The notes under the pieces: generated by a model
What the model was told of the DNA's origin: nothing
Database searches by the model: none
What the model saw: the letters and a program-made list of their open reading frames with translations, nothing else
DNA from: Nitrosopumilaceae archaeon
GTDB lineage: Archaea; Thermoproteota; Nitrososphaeria; Nitrososphaerales; Nitrosopumilaceae
DNA length: 64,000 bases
NCBI GenBank assembly: GCA_965214835.1
Contig: CBDCCK010000002.1
Span: 2,848,001-2,912,000, forward strand
Reading direction: 5' to 3'
Shown here: piece after piece, positions 31,867-42,257 of the stretch
Position numbering within the stretch: the first letter of the stretch is position 1
Layout: every line of letters begins with the position of its first letter
Made by a program: the position numbers and the translations under genes

Positions 31867-32316
31867 TCAGATCAGGGGCTTTGTAAAGGACAGCGAGTTT
31901 TGCTCGAATCCAAGACGGAGGTAAAACCTGTGGGATCCTTTCCGCTGGTTTCCAGACTCCAGTCTGATCCTGTGGCACCCGTGCTCGACACCCAGAGAAA
32001 TGCTGGACTCGACTAGCCTCCGCCCTATTCCCCGGTTTCGGTACCTTTCAAGCACGATCAGCTCGGGCATATACAGCTCTGTGCTTTTGTGGTTTAGCCT
32101 TGGCAGAAACACAAGGCTTGCCATGCCGGCAATATCCACGTCATCTACCACCGCAACAAGAACCTGCTTGTCTGAGTCCCTGATGTACCGCCTGACCAGC
32201 CTCCTAAAGTCATCCACATCAGAGTCCTGCCTCGGTCTTGGACGGCCCAGCTCATAAGACATTCCAAGAATCAATGGGACGTCGTTCTCAGATGCAGGCC
32301 GGATATCTATCTCCAT
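31867..32316 (-). CDS. GNAT N-acetyltransferase
   Basis: YRNRGIGRRL acetyl-CoA motif, FYLRLGF. Confidence 0.88.
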   Translation of the reverse strand: MEIDIRPASENDVPLILGMSYELGRPRPRQDSDVDDFRRLVRRYIRDSDKQVLVAVVDDVDIAGMASLVFLPRLNHKSTELYMPELIVLERYRNRGIGRRLVESSISLGVEHGCHRIRLESGNQRKGSHRFYLRLGFEQNSLSFTKPLI

Positions 32317-32339
32317 CAGATAAACAAGAAGCGAGTGGA

Positions 32340-32700
32340 ATAAAAATTCACTTGAGCTTGCTGGAAACTTCCTCTTTTGCGAGGCAGCCAATACGGACGT
32401 GTTTTTTGACTTTCTCAGGGCGCTGCGCCTCAAGTACGGCAAGGCGCTGCGGTTTGTAGACAATGCGTCGCACCACAAGTCGAGGGAACCCAAGGGAAGG
32501 ATGGACGAGTGGAACATGGACGTGGCAAGGTACCTGCCCCGTACACGCCGGAGACGAACCGGATGGAGGTGCAGTGGCACAGGCTCAAAAAGACAACTAC
32601 AAACTGGCTGTATCCGGACACCGACAGCATGTAAAAGTCAATACGCCTCATGCTGCGCAGTGGCTAGATAAAGGTAGTAGAAATGAGCGAATGGCTGACG
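32340..32700 (+). pseudogene. IS630 transposase fragment
   Basis: FVDNASHH, homology to 10134-10586. Confidence 0.75.
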
Positions 32701-32704
32701 TGAA

Positions 32705-32865
32705 TACTGTGGACTGCCACTGCGTCAATGTTTTCAACTGTCAGGTATCTGGACAATGATGGTGGCAAATCACTCACTTTGCAGATACATCTCAACGGAA
32801 TCAAGAATCTCCCTATGGCGGGCCAGGGAGTGCAGTCTGCCTGAATCAGGCAGGTTGCCATCAAG
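32705..32865 (-). pseudogene. remnant of a second GHKL-AbiEi / AbiEii junction
   Basis: nucleotide homology to 20470-20620; SDLPPSLSRYLTVENIDAVAV. Confidence 0.8.
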
Positions 32866-33440
32866 CCGCATTCTTGAAGGAATCGTCCAAAGAGTCGGGC
32901 TCCGCTACCTCATACAGGCAAAGGCGGTGCAGCACTGGATTCACGGATACGTCAAGAACCCGGAAGACGGCACAGTCGAGATTGTGCGCAAGTGAGGACG
33001 CTGAGACATCGGCGCAATGCTCGAATCCATAAGAAACCTTCCAAGGCCCGTCCTGATCAGAAACATCCGATCCGAGTATTAGACATTATGTGTAATCGGT
33101 GCAGATCAAAAAAATCAGGTAGCTTTTACGCCATTTTTGGCAAATACGCATAAGACCTATTCAGAAGGTACGAGCCGGTGCCCGACTTTTCGCATAGAAC
33201 ATGACGGACTAGACGAGGAACTGTCAAAGAACATGTCGCCATAGAACCAAACGCTTCTCAATGATGCGCGCATCCTTGTGGATGAGGCCAAGGGGTTTCA
33301 GTACCAGCTCCATGTATTTAAAATCCATAGATTCAAAGCAGAACCAGACGGTAGGAGAGATACGCCAACTATCCTCCAATGTCAGCGACATGCTAGATTC
33401 TAAATTTCAAAAGCTGGAAAACGAGATGTTCAAGATGGAG
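32866..33440 (+). pseudogene. acylphosphatase-like pseudogene interrupted by MITE C (33082-33157)
   Basis: GIVQRVGLRY...GYVKNPEDGTVEI then premature stop. Confidence 0.7.
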
Positions 33441-33825
33441 ATCTGGGGGCAGCAGGATCCGGCAGAGAGTATGTACATGATCAGTACAGAGGAGGATCGT
33501 TTGGTGTTCGCTTTGCAGCTGCCGGTTCTCTTTTTCAACCTTCTCCATCCTTTATGTGCTCAAACAGGCAGAGTACGTCTGGACTGTTCCAATCATACTC
33601 GTAATGCCAGGATCCCCGACCAATAATTGGAAAGCAAGTCCTGCAATCTTTATGTACTGTGATTTTTCCAAATCTTCCTACTGGCCAGAGGTGTTGCCCC
33701 GGAGGCTTCAGAGGTGGCAAAATTCACGCTTGCACTTCCAGAGCCCGAGCTGTTGCAAATCAGCAGAATCAGCATTACAAAAGCCCCGATCGTGCCATCC
33801 CGCAGGTATTCCTCAAAATATTAGG

Positions 33826-33900
33826 CGGGCCCGACCGGATTCGAACCGGCGACCTAACGCTCCGCAAGCGTTCGCACTATCCATGCTATGCAACGAGCCC
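33826..33900 (-). tRNA. tRNA-Arg(GCG)
   Basis: canonical cloverleaf gggctcg...cgggccc, anticodon loop TTGCGGA, GGTTCGAATCC. Confidence 0.95.
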
Positions 33901-33947
33901 AGATACACTTGGGGTATACAGGCTTAATTTGGATTGCGATTAGGCAC

Positions 33948-34130
33948 CTAGACATCTCTCATGCCCGCCTTGATTCTTGCAGGATGCTCGTCGGGAATTG
34001 GATCAAATCCATGCCCATCTCTTGCACGGGCACGTACGAGCTCGCCTGATCTTAAATCCAAGCTTTGCGCCAGCACGGACGGAATGACCACAAAAAATGA
34101 AGAGTTGTCCTTGATAGAATCTTTGCCCAT
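33948..34130 (-). CDS. AbrB/MazE-like DNA-binding protein
   Basis: SFFVVIPSVLAQSLDLRSGELV. Confidence 0.55.
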   Translation of the reverse strand: MGKDSIKDNSSFFVVIPSVLAQSLDLRSGELVRARARDGHGFDPIPDEHPARIKAGMRDV

Positions 34131-34700
34131 GTATTTTTTCCATGTCATCAGCAAATGTCGGGGATTCATAAGACTCTGATTCCAAAGGCGCCAAAACACG
34201 GTGCCAAAGGATCCAATCTCCAAGGGGCAGTGGTGGACTTTCAACTCGCGCTACTTTACAAAACACGAAAAACAAGACCAGAACGCCCGGGGCCCCTGAT
34301 CCCACCAGCCTTCTGGGACGTCAGAGTCGTCCCAGTCCCTTGTACCTTGCCTGAGTGAAAAATTCCCCCAGACTCCAGATGACCGTTCCAAACCGACGGC
34401 CGAAATATTTTCATGGGCTGAAACTATTACGATTAATCATGGATGATTAATTTTAAAATTACAATATCATGTCCAAAGGAATATCAAGAATCGTGACAGG
34501 AATCAAATGACACAACACAAGAAATGTCTGAGGGTATTGGATATTTCCCTTTCTATCCTGTCACGATATGCCACACATCTTGGAATCTTTTGAATCTTTT
34601 GATCATCAAAAATCTGTAGTCTAGTCATTCATCGACTGTTACAATATCACCTGAGAAAATTATACTCCCGGGCTCTCCTGTGACATTAATCGACACAATA

Positions 34701-35694
34701 GGCCTTATGCGTAATCGACCGGATCGAAATATTCCGACGGTGGCCGGCCACACATGCAAGGCTGACGGCATCACATGACGTGTATGAGCGCGGCAGAGTC
34801 CGTATATAGTGCAGCTACGGGCAGTTCCAGCTGGTAAAAACTACAGTATAGTGCGGCATCGTGTGGTGCCGCAATGCGTTCTGTATCGTGGTATCAGAAC
34901 CCATGCATGAGCTTCTTGTTCCGCTTGTCCCACAGCAGCCTAAAGTTGGCAAGCCCGGCCGTCACCTGGAACTCCCTGTCGAACTTCTCGGCAGTCCCGT
35001 CGTACGGATCACGCATCCGTTTGTACTGCTTGATGCGTCCTATGGCGTGCTCTACTGTCACCCTCTTGCTGCTTATCCTCCTGTTCTGCGCTTTCTGTTT
35101 CTTTGTAAGCTTGCCTTTCCTTGGCTTCTTGTTGGACTGCACGGATGTGACCCCGGGATACACCTCCTCGATTCCCACGTATCCCAGATCCGAGAACATC
35201 TTTACCTTCTCGTCCTCGGGGTGCTTTCTGTTACTGCGCATCCTGGCAGTCAGGATTCCCAGATCCGGTGGGTTGTTCTTTATCATGGTGAGGTCGTGCA
35301 CGCTTCCGGGAGCCGACTTGCTTGCATACATCGTCAGTCCCTTCTTGCCGGCAATCACCCGGGGTGTTGCGCGTAAAGCTCTTCTTCTTGCCCGAGTACG
35401 CCCCCCTTTCTTGGCTCCTTGTCTGTGGGGCGCTGTATGTCGATGTGTGTGCCGTCTACAATCACGGTCAGATCCGGGACGATCTCCCTGATCCCCTCGA
35501 TCGTGCGGGTGTTTCGTATCTTTCGCGATACGGCGTCCGGCGTGGGCAGTATCTTGAGAAATATCATGTCGCAATACCTGAGGTACCTGCATACGGTACT
35601 CTGGTCTATGCCAAAGAATGCCGCAAGCTGCTCCTGTGTCGGGTTTCCGTACTTGCGCATCAGCGACATCAGCAGGGCGTGGCGGTAGGACAGC
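34701..35694 (-). mobile_element. IS5/ISL2-like (DDE_Tnp_4) element, 3' part
   Basis: VDGTH, SDLGY, VEHAIGRIK; right end at 34701. Confidence 0.88.
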
Positions 35695-38490
35695 AAGGAG
35701 AAGGCGCGGGGCAGGAAGGAGAGGATGCAGTACAGGAAGAAGATCAGAGAGTACGAGAAGAAGAGCAGGCAGGACGGCAGGAGGCACGAGCGGGATCAGG
35801 ATAGGATAGAACAGATGGAGCAGCGGCTGGACGCTGAGCGCCGGATGTGGCCCGCAACCTGGGATGACGACAGGCGCTCCGCGGACAACGCCGCCCTCAT
35901 GCACAGGCTCGAGGTGCTCGATGACATAATAGACGGCGGGTCCCTGCAACCCACCACGTCGATGAACCTCCGCCAGTTTGACTACATATATGACCGGTTT
36001 ACGAAGCTTGCCAAAAAGCACACAGAAGGCCCCCTGTTCTCAGAAGACGAGGACAACTTGCCCGGAAACCGGTGCAAGCTGTCCTACCGCCACGCCCTGC
36101 TGATGTCGCTGATGCGCAAGTACGGAAACCCGACACAGGAGCAGCTTGCGGCATTCTTTGGCATAGACCAGAGTACCGTATGCAGGTACCTCAGGTATTG
36201 CGACATGATATTTCTCAAGATACTGCCCACGCCGGACGCCGTATCGCGAAAGATACGAAACACCCGCACGATCGAGGGGATCAGGGAGATCGTCCCGGAT
36301 CTGACCGTGATTGTAGACGGCACACACATCGACATACAGCGCCCCACAGACAAGGAGCCAAGAAAGGGGGGCGTACTCGGGCAAGAAGAAGAGCTTTACG
36401 CGCAACACCCCGGGTGATTGCCGGCAAGAAGGGACTGACGATGTATGCAAGCAAGTCAGTACTTCCTAGATGTACTTTTGCAGACCCGACACGGCACCTC
36501 CGCTACTTTCCGCGATCGTTTACAAACGAGTCGGCCGCATCGACAATGCACGCGACAAACAGCATCATGGTAAACCCCTTCCCTCCTGCAAATCCGTCCC
36601 ACTTGGATTCCACGTCTATGAACACGGCAGTCCTCCACAGGTTGTACAGTATGACAGACATATAGAACAGCAGCAGCCTGACGACCGGGGAATTGCTGCA
36701 CGTCTTGCCCATTATCCCCTTGATCACCCTGAACCCGGTCTCGATTCCCCACCGACTGCGGTACTCCTCCGGTATCTGCTCAATGACTGCCTCTGCACTT
36801 TTAGCAGACATGTTGGTGGCAAAGACCAGATACCTGTCGGCTATGGTCTCTTCTGCCTTGTCCTTCTTTGCTGCTGCCGTGCCGTCCTTTTCTACCTCGT
36901 CCTTTTCCACAATGACTAGCCTGAATGTGGCGCTCTTGCCGTCCTTGTTGGTCATTGTATATTTTGATACCGCACCGCGTTCTCCGCGGTCATGCTCCTC
37001 TATTGCCGCCACTATCCTCCTGTTCTTGACGGCAGGCATGATGTAGCTGCCCGTGCTTGTTTCTGCAGCCCTCATGCAGTCCACGTTAAAGAACCCGCGG
37101 TCATACAGGAACGTCTTGATCCTCATCCCTGATCTGGACGCCTTGCGGATCATTTTAGGCACGAAATCGGCCAGTTTTGCCTCTTTTGGAAGCTGCAGCG
37201 AGGAAAGCACGAGGTCAGACCCGTCATCTGATCCTATTCCGTGCATGGTAATGTGCGAGAGAAACGTCGACGTGCCGTTCTTGGGCTTTGACTTTCTGGC
37301 GATATCCTCCAGGCCCTTGCCATAGTATTCCACGTCGGTAACGTCCACTGCCACGACGTCCGTGTTGTGCAGCATGCCTGACCTGCGGGCGCACCTTACC
37401 GTATGCTGCAGCATGGAGCTGCACCACTTTTGCGCATCATCCAGGCTGACGCCCCGGATCGCCTTTAGGATCCAGTCCGGACTAGGCGTACGGCAACTAT
37501 ACGCGCCGCCCTTGGAGGCAGCCCCGTCGTCATGCTGCTGCCTGCTGCATTTTGAGGCCCGCCTGCGAAGGTGCGTCACGGCAGATTCTGCAAACATCCT
37601 CCTCTCAGACATGAAATATAGAACGCGCAGTGCGTCGATGTGGTCATACACTGCGTTGCGACTCTTTGAGACGGCCAGCCCGAGCTTGGGAAACCGCCGT
37701 CGCAATGTTTTAAACTGTCTCGATGTTATGTCAAACTGGTGTGCAAACACGTCGTTTTGTGTTACTGACATGATGATGGTTGGCACACCGCCTGATCTAT
37801 AGTATGATGGTCAAAAAATCTCGGCAAATTGCGTAATTATCGTGCCTGCAAAAGTACATCGAGGAACTACTGAAGTCGGCTCCCGGAAGCGTGCACGACC
37901 TCACCATGATAAAGAACAACCCACCGGATCTGGGAATCCTGACTGCCAGGATGCGCAGTAACAGAAAGCACCCCGAGGACGAGAAGGTAAAGATGTTCTC
38001 GGATCTGGGATACGTGGGAATCGAGGAGGTGTATCCCGGGGTCACATCCGTGCAGTCCAACAAGAAGCCAAGGAAAGGCAAGCTTACAAAGAAACAGAAA
38101 GCGCAGAACAGGAGGATAAGCAGCAAGAGGGTGACAGTAGAGCACGCCATAGGACGCATCAAGCAGTACAAACGGATGCGTGATCCGTACGACGGGACTG
38201 CCGAGAAGTTCGACAGGGAGTTCCAGGTGACGGCCGGGCTTGCCAACTTTAGGCTGCTGTGGGACAAGCGGAACAAGAAGCTCATGCATGGGTTCTGATA
38301 CCACGATACAGAACGCATTGCGGCACCACACGATGCCGCACTATACTGTAGTTTTTACCAGCTGGAACTGCCCGTAGCTGCACTATATACGGACTCTGCC
38401 GCGCTCATACACGTCATGTGATGCCGTCAGCCTTGCATGTGTGGCCGGCCACCGTCGGAATATTTCGATCCGGTCGATTACGCATAAGGT
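35695..38490 (+). mobile_element. IS5/ISL2-like element lacking its left end, interrupted by ISH3-like copy 3
   Basis: inverted copy of 34701-35694; right end attacgcataaggtc at 38490. Confidence 0.88.
36457..37872 (-). mobile_element. ISH3/IS4-like element copy 3, intact 427-aa transposase 36503-37786
   Basis: both TIRs; 4-bp TSD aagt. Confidence 0.95.
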
Positions 38491-38550
38491 CTAGTCCCAA
38501 GCCCTATAATTTTCGTAAACTTAATACGTGCGGCACGCCATTGATCACAT

Positions 38551-38694
38551 ATGACACTGAGAGAGGTGGAACCACTGGATGATGAACAGTGGAAGATGTT
38601 GATCGATGCCTTGAACAAAGGACCCACGCCGGAACAAAGGCGGCTTTTGAGAAAGGCCATAGAGAACGGAAAGCAATTCAAGGTAATCCGGTAG
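38551..38694 (+). CDS. 47-aa putative antitoxin (DUF1778 C-terminal-like; not in ORF track)
   Basis: MTLREVEPLDDEQWKMLIDALNKGPTPEQRRLLRKAIENGKQFKVIR; TATA-like cttaata ~25 nt upstream; 15 nt before the GNAT gene. Confidence 0.7.
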   Translation: MTLREVEPLDDEQWKMLIDALNKGPTPEQRRLLRKAIENGKQFKVIR

Positions 38695-38709
38695 CTGGGC
38701 GGAGTCAGA

Positions 38710-39219
38710 TTGACGGTTCGTCCAGCCAATTTTTACAAGGACATACGCATTCACAGGTTGGGCAGGACCGGCTTTGTTCTGAATCGCTTTGAGTGCCGCA
38801 AGCAGCAGTACGCGGACTACCTGAGAGAGGGGGCTTTTGATGATCAGGCCAAGAAAGTCGGCCAGACCTGGCTTTTCGTATACAAGAAAGAGTGCGTGAT
38901 CGGCTATATCACGATTGCAATGGCACATCTGAGCAGACGCGAACACGGTAAACTGGAATCCTTTCCCCATTCCAACGTGCCGGGATTGCTGGTAGGACAG
39001 ATTGCCACGCACAGGAATTTCGAGGGTTTGGGCATTGGAAAGGCGATGATCGACTGGGCCGCTGCGCAGGCAAAAGAGTATCAAGAAGATATGGGCTGCC
39101 GGCTGATCATTGTCAATCCTGACAAGGACGTGGTCGGCTGGTATGAAAAAATAGGATTTGTACGCATACGGCACGAAAGAAAACAAGACATGATGTTCAT
39201 CGACTTGGACTGGGTTTGA
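38710..39219 (+). CDS. GNAT acetyltransferase toxin (AtaT/TacT-like)
   Basis: FEC...DYL, VIGYITI, VPGLLVGQIATHRNFEGLGIG, GCRLIIV, WYEKIGF. Confidence 0.85.
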   Translation: MTVRPANFYKDIRIHRLGRTGFVLNRFECRKQQYADYLREGAFDDQAKKVGQTWLFVYKKECVIGYITIAMAHLSRREHGKLESFPHSNVPGLLVGQIATHRNFEGLGIGKAMIDWAAAQAKEYQEDMGCRLIIVNPDKDVVGWYEKIGFVRIRHERKQDMMFIDLDWV

Positions 39220-39468
39220 AGATGCAAGCTGGCGGAGCCGGGCATGATCATACCAATATCGGCAGACGGAAACGTGCCGCACAAGAGCAGCCGCGACACT
39301 GCGGCGGAAAGGCAGATCCGTCATCTGCAGGAAGGGCGCATATACGATCAGGAAAAGCGGCCCAAACGGATGGAGGAGGACACCGGTGATGATGCGACAT
39401 GATTTTCATATGAAACATACAAACTACCAGATCCCTACTTTTTTATAGAATGTCCAGATAGATTACGG

Positions 39469-39563
39469 CGTTGGCGACGGGAATTGAACCCGCATGAACG
39501 GCCCGTCTCGGGGCCACTCGCCGAGGTCTGAACTCGGTGGGCTTGCCAATGCCCAACGCCAAC
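39469..39563 (-). tRNA. atypical type-II tRNA, anticodon CAG, G73
   Basis: acceptor GTTGGCG/CGCCAAC, D stem GGGC/GCCC, anticodon arm CCGAG-TTCAGAC-CTCGG, 9-bp V stem, T arm GCGGG-TTCAATT-CCCGT. Confidence 0.85.
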
Positions 39564-39771
39564 GTCATTTCTTGGACCTGCTTTGTATATTAGATTAGAA
39601 AAATGCGGGACTTTGGGTAATCATTCAGGAACGGCATTGTTGTACAGATTGACAGACTCAGAACACCATCCAGATTATACGGATTTTCCCTATTGCGATG
39701 TCATCCGAACCCATGAACAGGATGGAACCGGGTTCGTCACAAACATGATATGCAGAACATCACACGCGGCA

Positions 39772-40153
39772 CTATTTCAGACCAAGCCACTGGAGTCCTT
39801 TCAGGTCGGCAAAGAATTGCTTGTAGACTTCCGCCGGTGGCCGGTTATACGGAAAATTCTCAAGCACGTACAGCCTCTGGTCTATTATGCGCACCAACTC
39901 GAGTTGCTGGTTGACACTCAGGTTCTCATAATGCGTCACCTCCACTATGGCACCCTGCAGCTCAGACTGGAAGCGTTCAAACCACTTGTCACGCCAGAAC
40001 AGCTTGTCACTGTCACCCGGAACAGGATTTACGCGCGCTTCAATCTGCTTGAAAAACCTTCTGAGACTGGATATCTCCCTGCCTCTTTTTATTTTCCTGA
40101 TTGCTGCACGAGCGACATCCACTATTATGACAACTATGATTCCCCCTGCAATT
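39772..40153 (-). pseudogene. hypothetical membrane-anchored protein, N-terminus cut by ISH3-like copy 4
   Basis: frame stays open up to the IS junction (IAGGIIVVIIV-DVARAA...). Confidence 0.6.
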
Positions 40154-41570
40154 CAGTACTTCCTAGATGTACTTTTGCAGACCCGACACGGCACCTCCGC
40201 TACTTTCCGCGATCGTTTACAAACGAGTCGGCCGCATCGACAATGCACGCGACAAACAGCATCATGGTAAACCCCTTCCCTCCTGCAAATCCGTCCCACT
40301 TGGATTCCACGTCTATGAACACGGCAGTCCTCCACAGGTTGTACAGTATGACAGACATATAGAACAGCAGCAGCCTGACGACCGGGGAATTGCTGCACGT
40401 CTTGCCCATTATCCCCTTGATCACCCTGAACCCGGTCTCGATTCCCCACCGACTGCGGTACTCCTCCGGTATCTGCTCAATGACTGCCTCTGCACTTTTA
40501 GCAGACATGTTGGTGGCAAAGACCCTGGTACCTGTCGGCTATGGTCTCTTCTGCCTTGTCCTTCTTTGCTGCTGCCGTGCCGTCCTTTTCTACCTCGTCC
40601 TTTTCCACAATGACTAGCCTGAATGTGGCGCTCTTGCCGTCCTTGTTGGTCATTGTATATTTTGATACCGCACCGCGTTCTCCGCGGTCATGCTCCTCTA
40701 TTGCCGCCACTATCCTCCTGTTCTTGACGGCAGGCATGATGTAGCTGCCCGTGCTTGTTTCTGCAGCCCTCATGCAGTCCACGTTAAAGAACCCGCGGTC
40801 ATACAGGAACGTCTTGATCCTCATCCCTGATCTGGACGCCTTGCGGATCATTTTAGGCACGAAATCGGCCAGTTTTGCCTCTTTTGGAAGCTGTAGCGAG
40901 GAAAGCACGAGGTCAGACCCGTCATCTGATCCTATTCCGTGCATGGTAATGTGCGAGAGAAACGTCGACGTGCCGTTCTTGGGCTTTGACTTTCTGGCGA
41001 TATCCTCCAGGCCCTTGCCATAGTATTCCACGTCGGTAACGTCCACTGCCACGACGTCCGTGTTGTGCAGCATGCCTGACCTGCGGGCGCACCTTACCGT
41101 ATGCTGCAGCATGGAGCTGCACCACTTTTGCGCATCATCCAGGCTGACGCCCCGGATCGCCTTTAGGATCCAGTCCGGACTAGGCGTACGGCAACTATGC
41201 GCGCCGCCCTTGGAGGCAGCCCCGTCGTCATGCTGCTGCCTGCTGCATTTTGAGGCCCGCCTGCGAAGGTGCGTCACGGCAGATTCTGCAAACATCCTCC
41301 TCTCAGACATGAAATATAGAACGCGCAGTGCGTCGATGTGGTCATACACTGCGTTGCGACTCTTTGAGACGGCCAGCCCGAGCTTGGAAAACCGCCGTCG
41401 CAATGTTTTAAACTGTCTCGATGTTATGTCAAACTGGTGTGCAAACACGTCGTTTTGTGTTGGTATCATGATGATGGTTGGCACACCGCCTGATCTATAG
41501 TATGATGGTCAAAAAATCTCGGCAAATTGCGTAATTATCGTGCCTGCAAAAGTACATCGAGGAACTACTG
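40154..41570 (-). mobile_element. ISH3/IS4-like element copy 4 (frameshifted)
   Basis: both TIRs; near-identical to the other copies. Confidence 0.93.
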
Positions 41571-41630
41571 ACATGGCCATAAAGACCCTTGCAGGCAATG
41601 TAGCCTGGGGGTAACCTCTTACCGCCGAGC

Positions 41631-41720
41631 GTAAGAGTTTACCCCATAGGCGACGTTGCCGACCAGAACCTTGATCACCGTGCCCACCACGCCGCATTTT
41701 CGGGAGGGGTAAATTCTTAC
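41631..41720. mobile_element. MITE family B
   Basis: gtaagagtttacccc...ggggtaaattcttac. Confidence 0.85.
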
Positions 41721-41745
41721 ATATCACTAAACTAACCCCTTTTTT

Positions 41746-42000
41746 ATGTCTCCAAACAAAATTAAGATAATCTCATATGTTTTATTGGGATATGGAATAT
41801 TTGGATTAATATCGATAATATTAGATCTATCAGGTTTCACATTAGCTGATGAAAATAATCTAGACAGATGGATTAACTTTAATCAAGATACTTTTGGTCA
41901 AACTATCTCAATATTGTATGCAGTTGGACCTTTAATTCCAGGATTGTTACTGCTTAGAAAATATCGAAAAACTTTAAGACCAACAAAATCCAATGTATGA
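41746..42000 (+). CDS. AT-rich small two-TM membrane protein (passenger)
   Basis: 84 aa, two hydrophobic helices, much lower GC than flanks. Confidence 0.65.
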   Translation: MSPNKIKIISYVLLGYGIFGLISIILDLSGFTLADENNLDRWINFNQDTFGQTISILYAVGPLIPGLLLLRKYRKTLRPTKSNV

Positions 42001-42257
42001 TAAGTACAAGTGGTACTAACACATCATTGTCAAAGGTCTCAGTACCTTAACCCTTTCTTTTTCATTATGAGAAAATTAACGATGTTGCTGATCACAGTAT
42101 TACCGTTATATGGAATTTTAATTTTGAACATCACATAACTCAAATGTAAAACGAGTTAGCAAAGCACGATTGCTCCCAACCAAAAGATCTAAAAGATGCG
42201 TTTGGTGACCTATTATCAGCAATGAAAACAAATCACTTGAAACGCAATATGTTAAAC

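Noticed and set aside
34894-36021. 375-aa ORF
   Set aside because: Artefact of reading across the fold-back junction and a transposase frameshift
39469-39563. tRNA-Sec reading (TTCAGA in the loop, long V arm, SelB-like gene in the window)
   Set aside because: The CCGAG/CTCGG stem centres CAG, not TCA; the fold is 7/5 with a 4-bp D stem; the 3036 gene looks like the widespread aSelBL type
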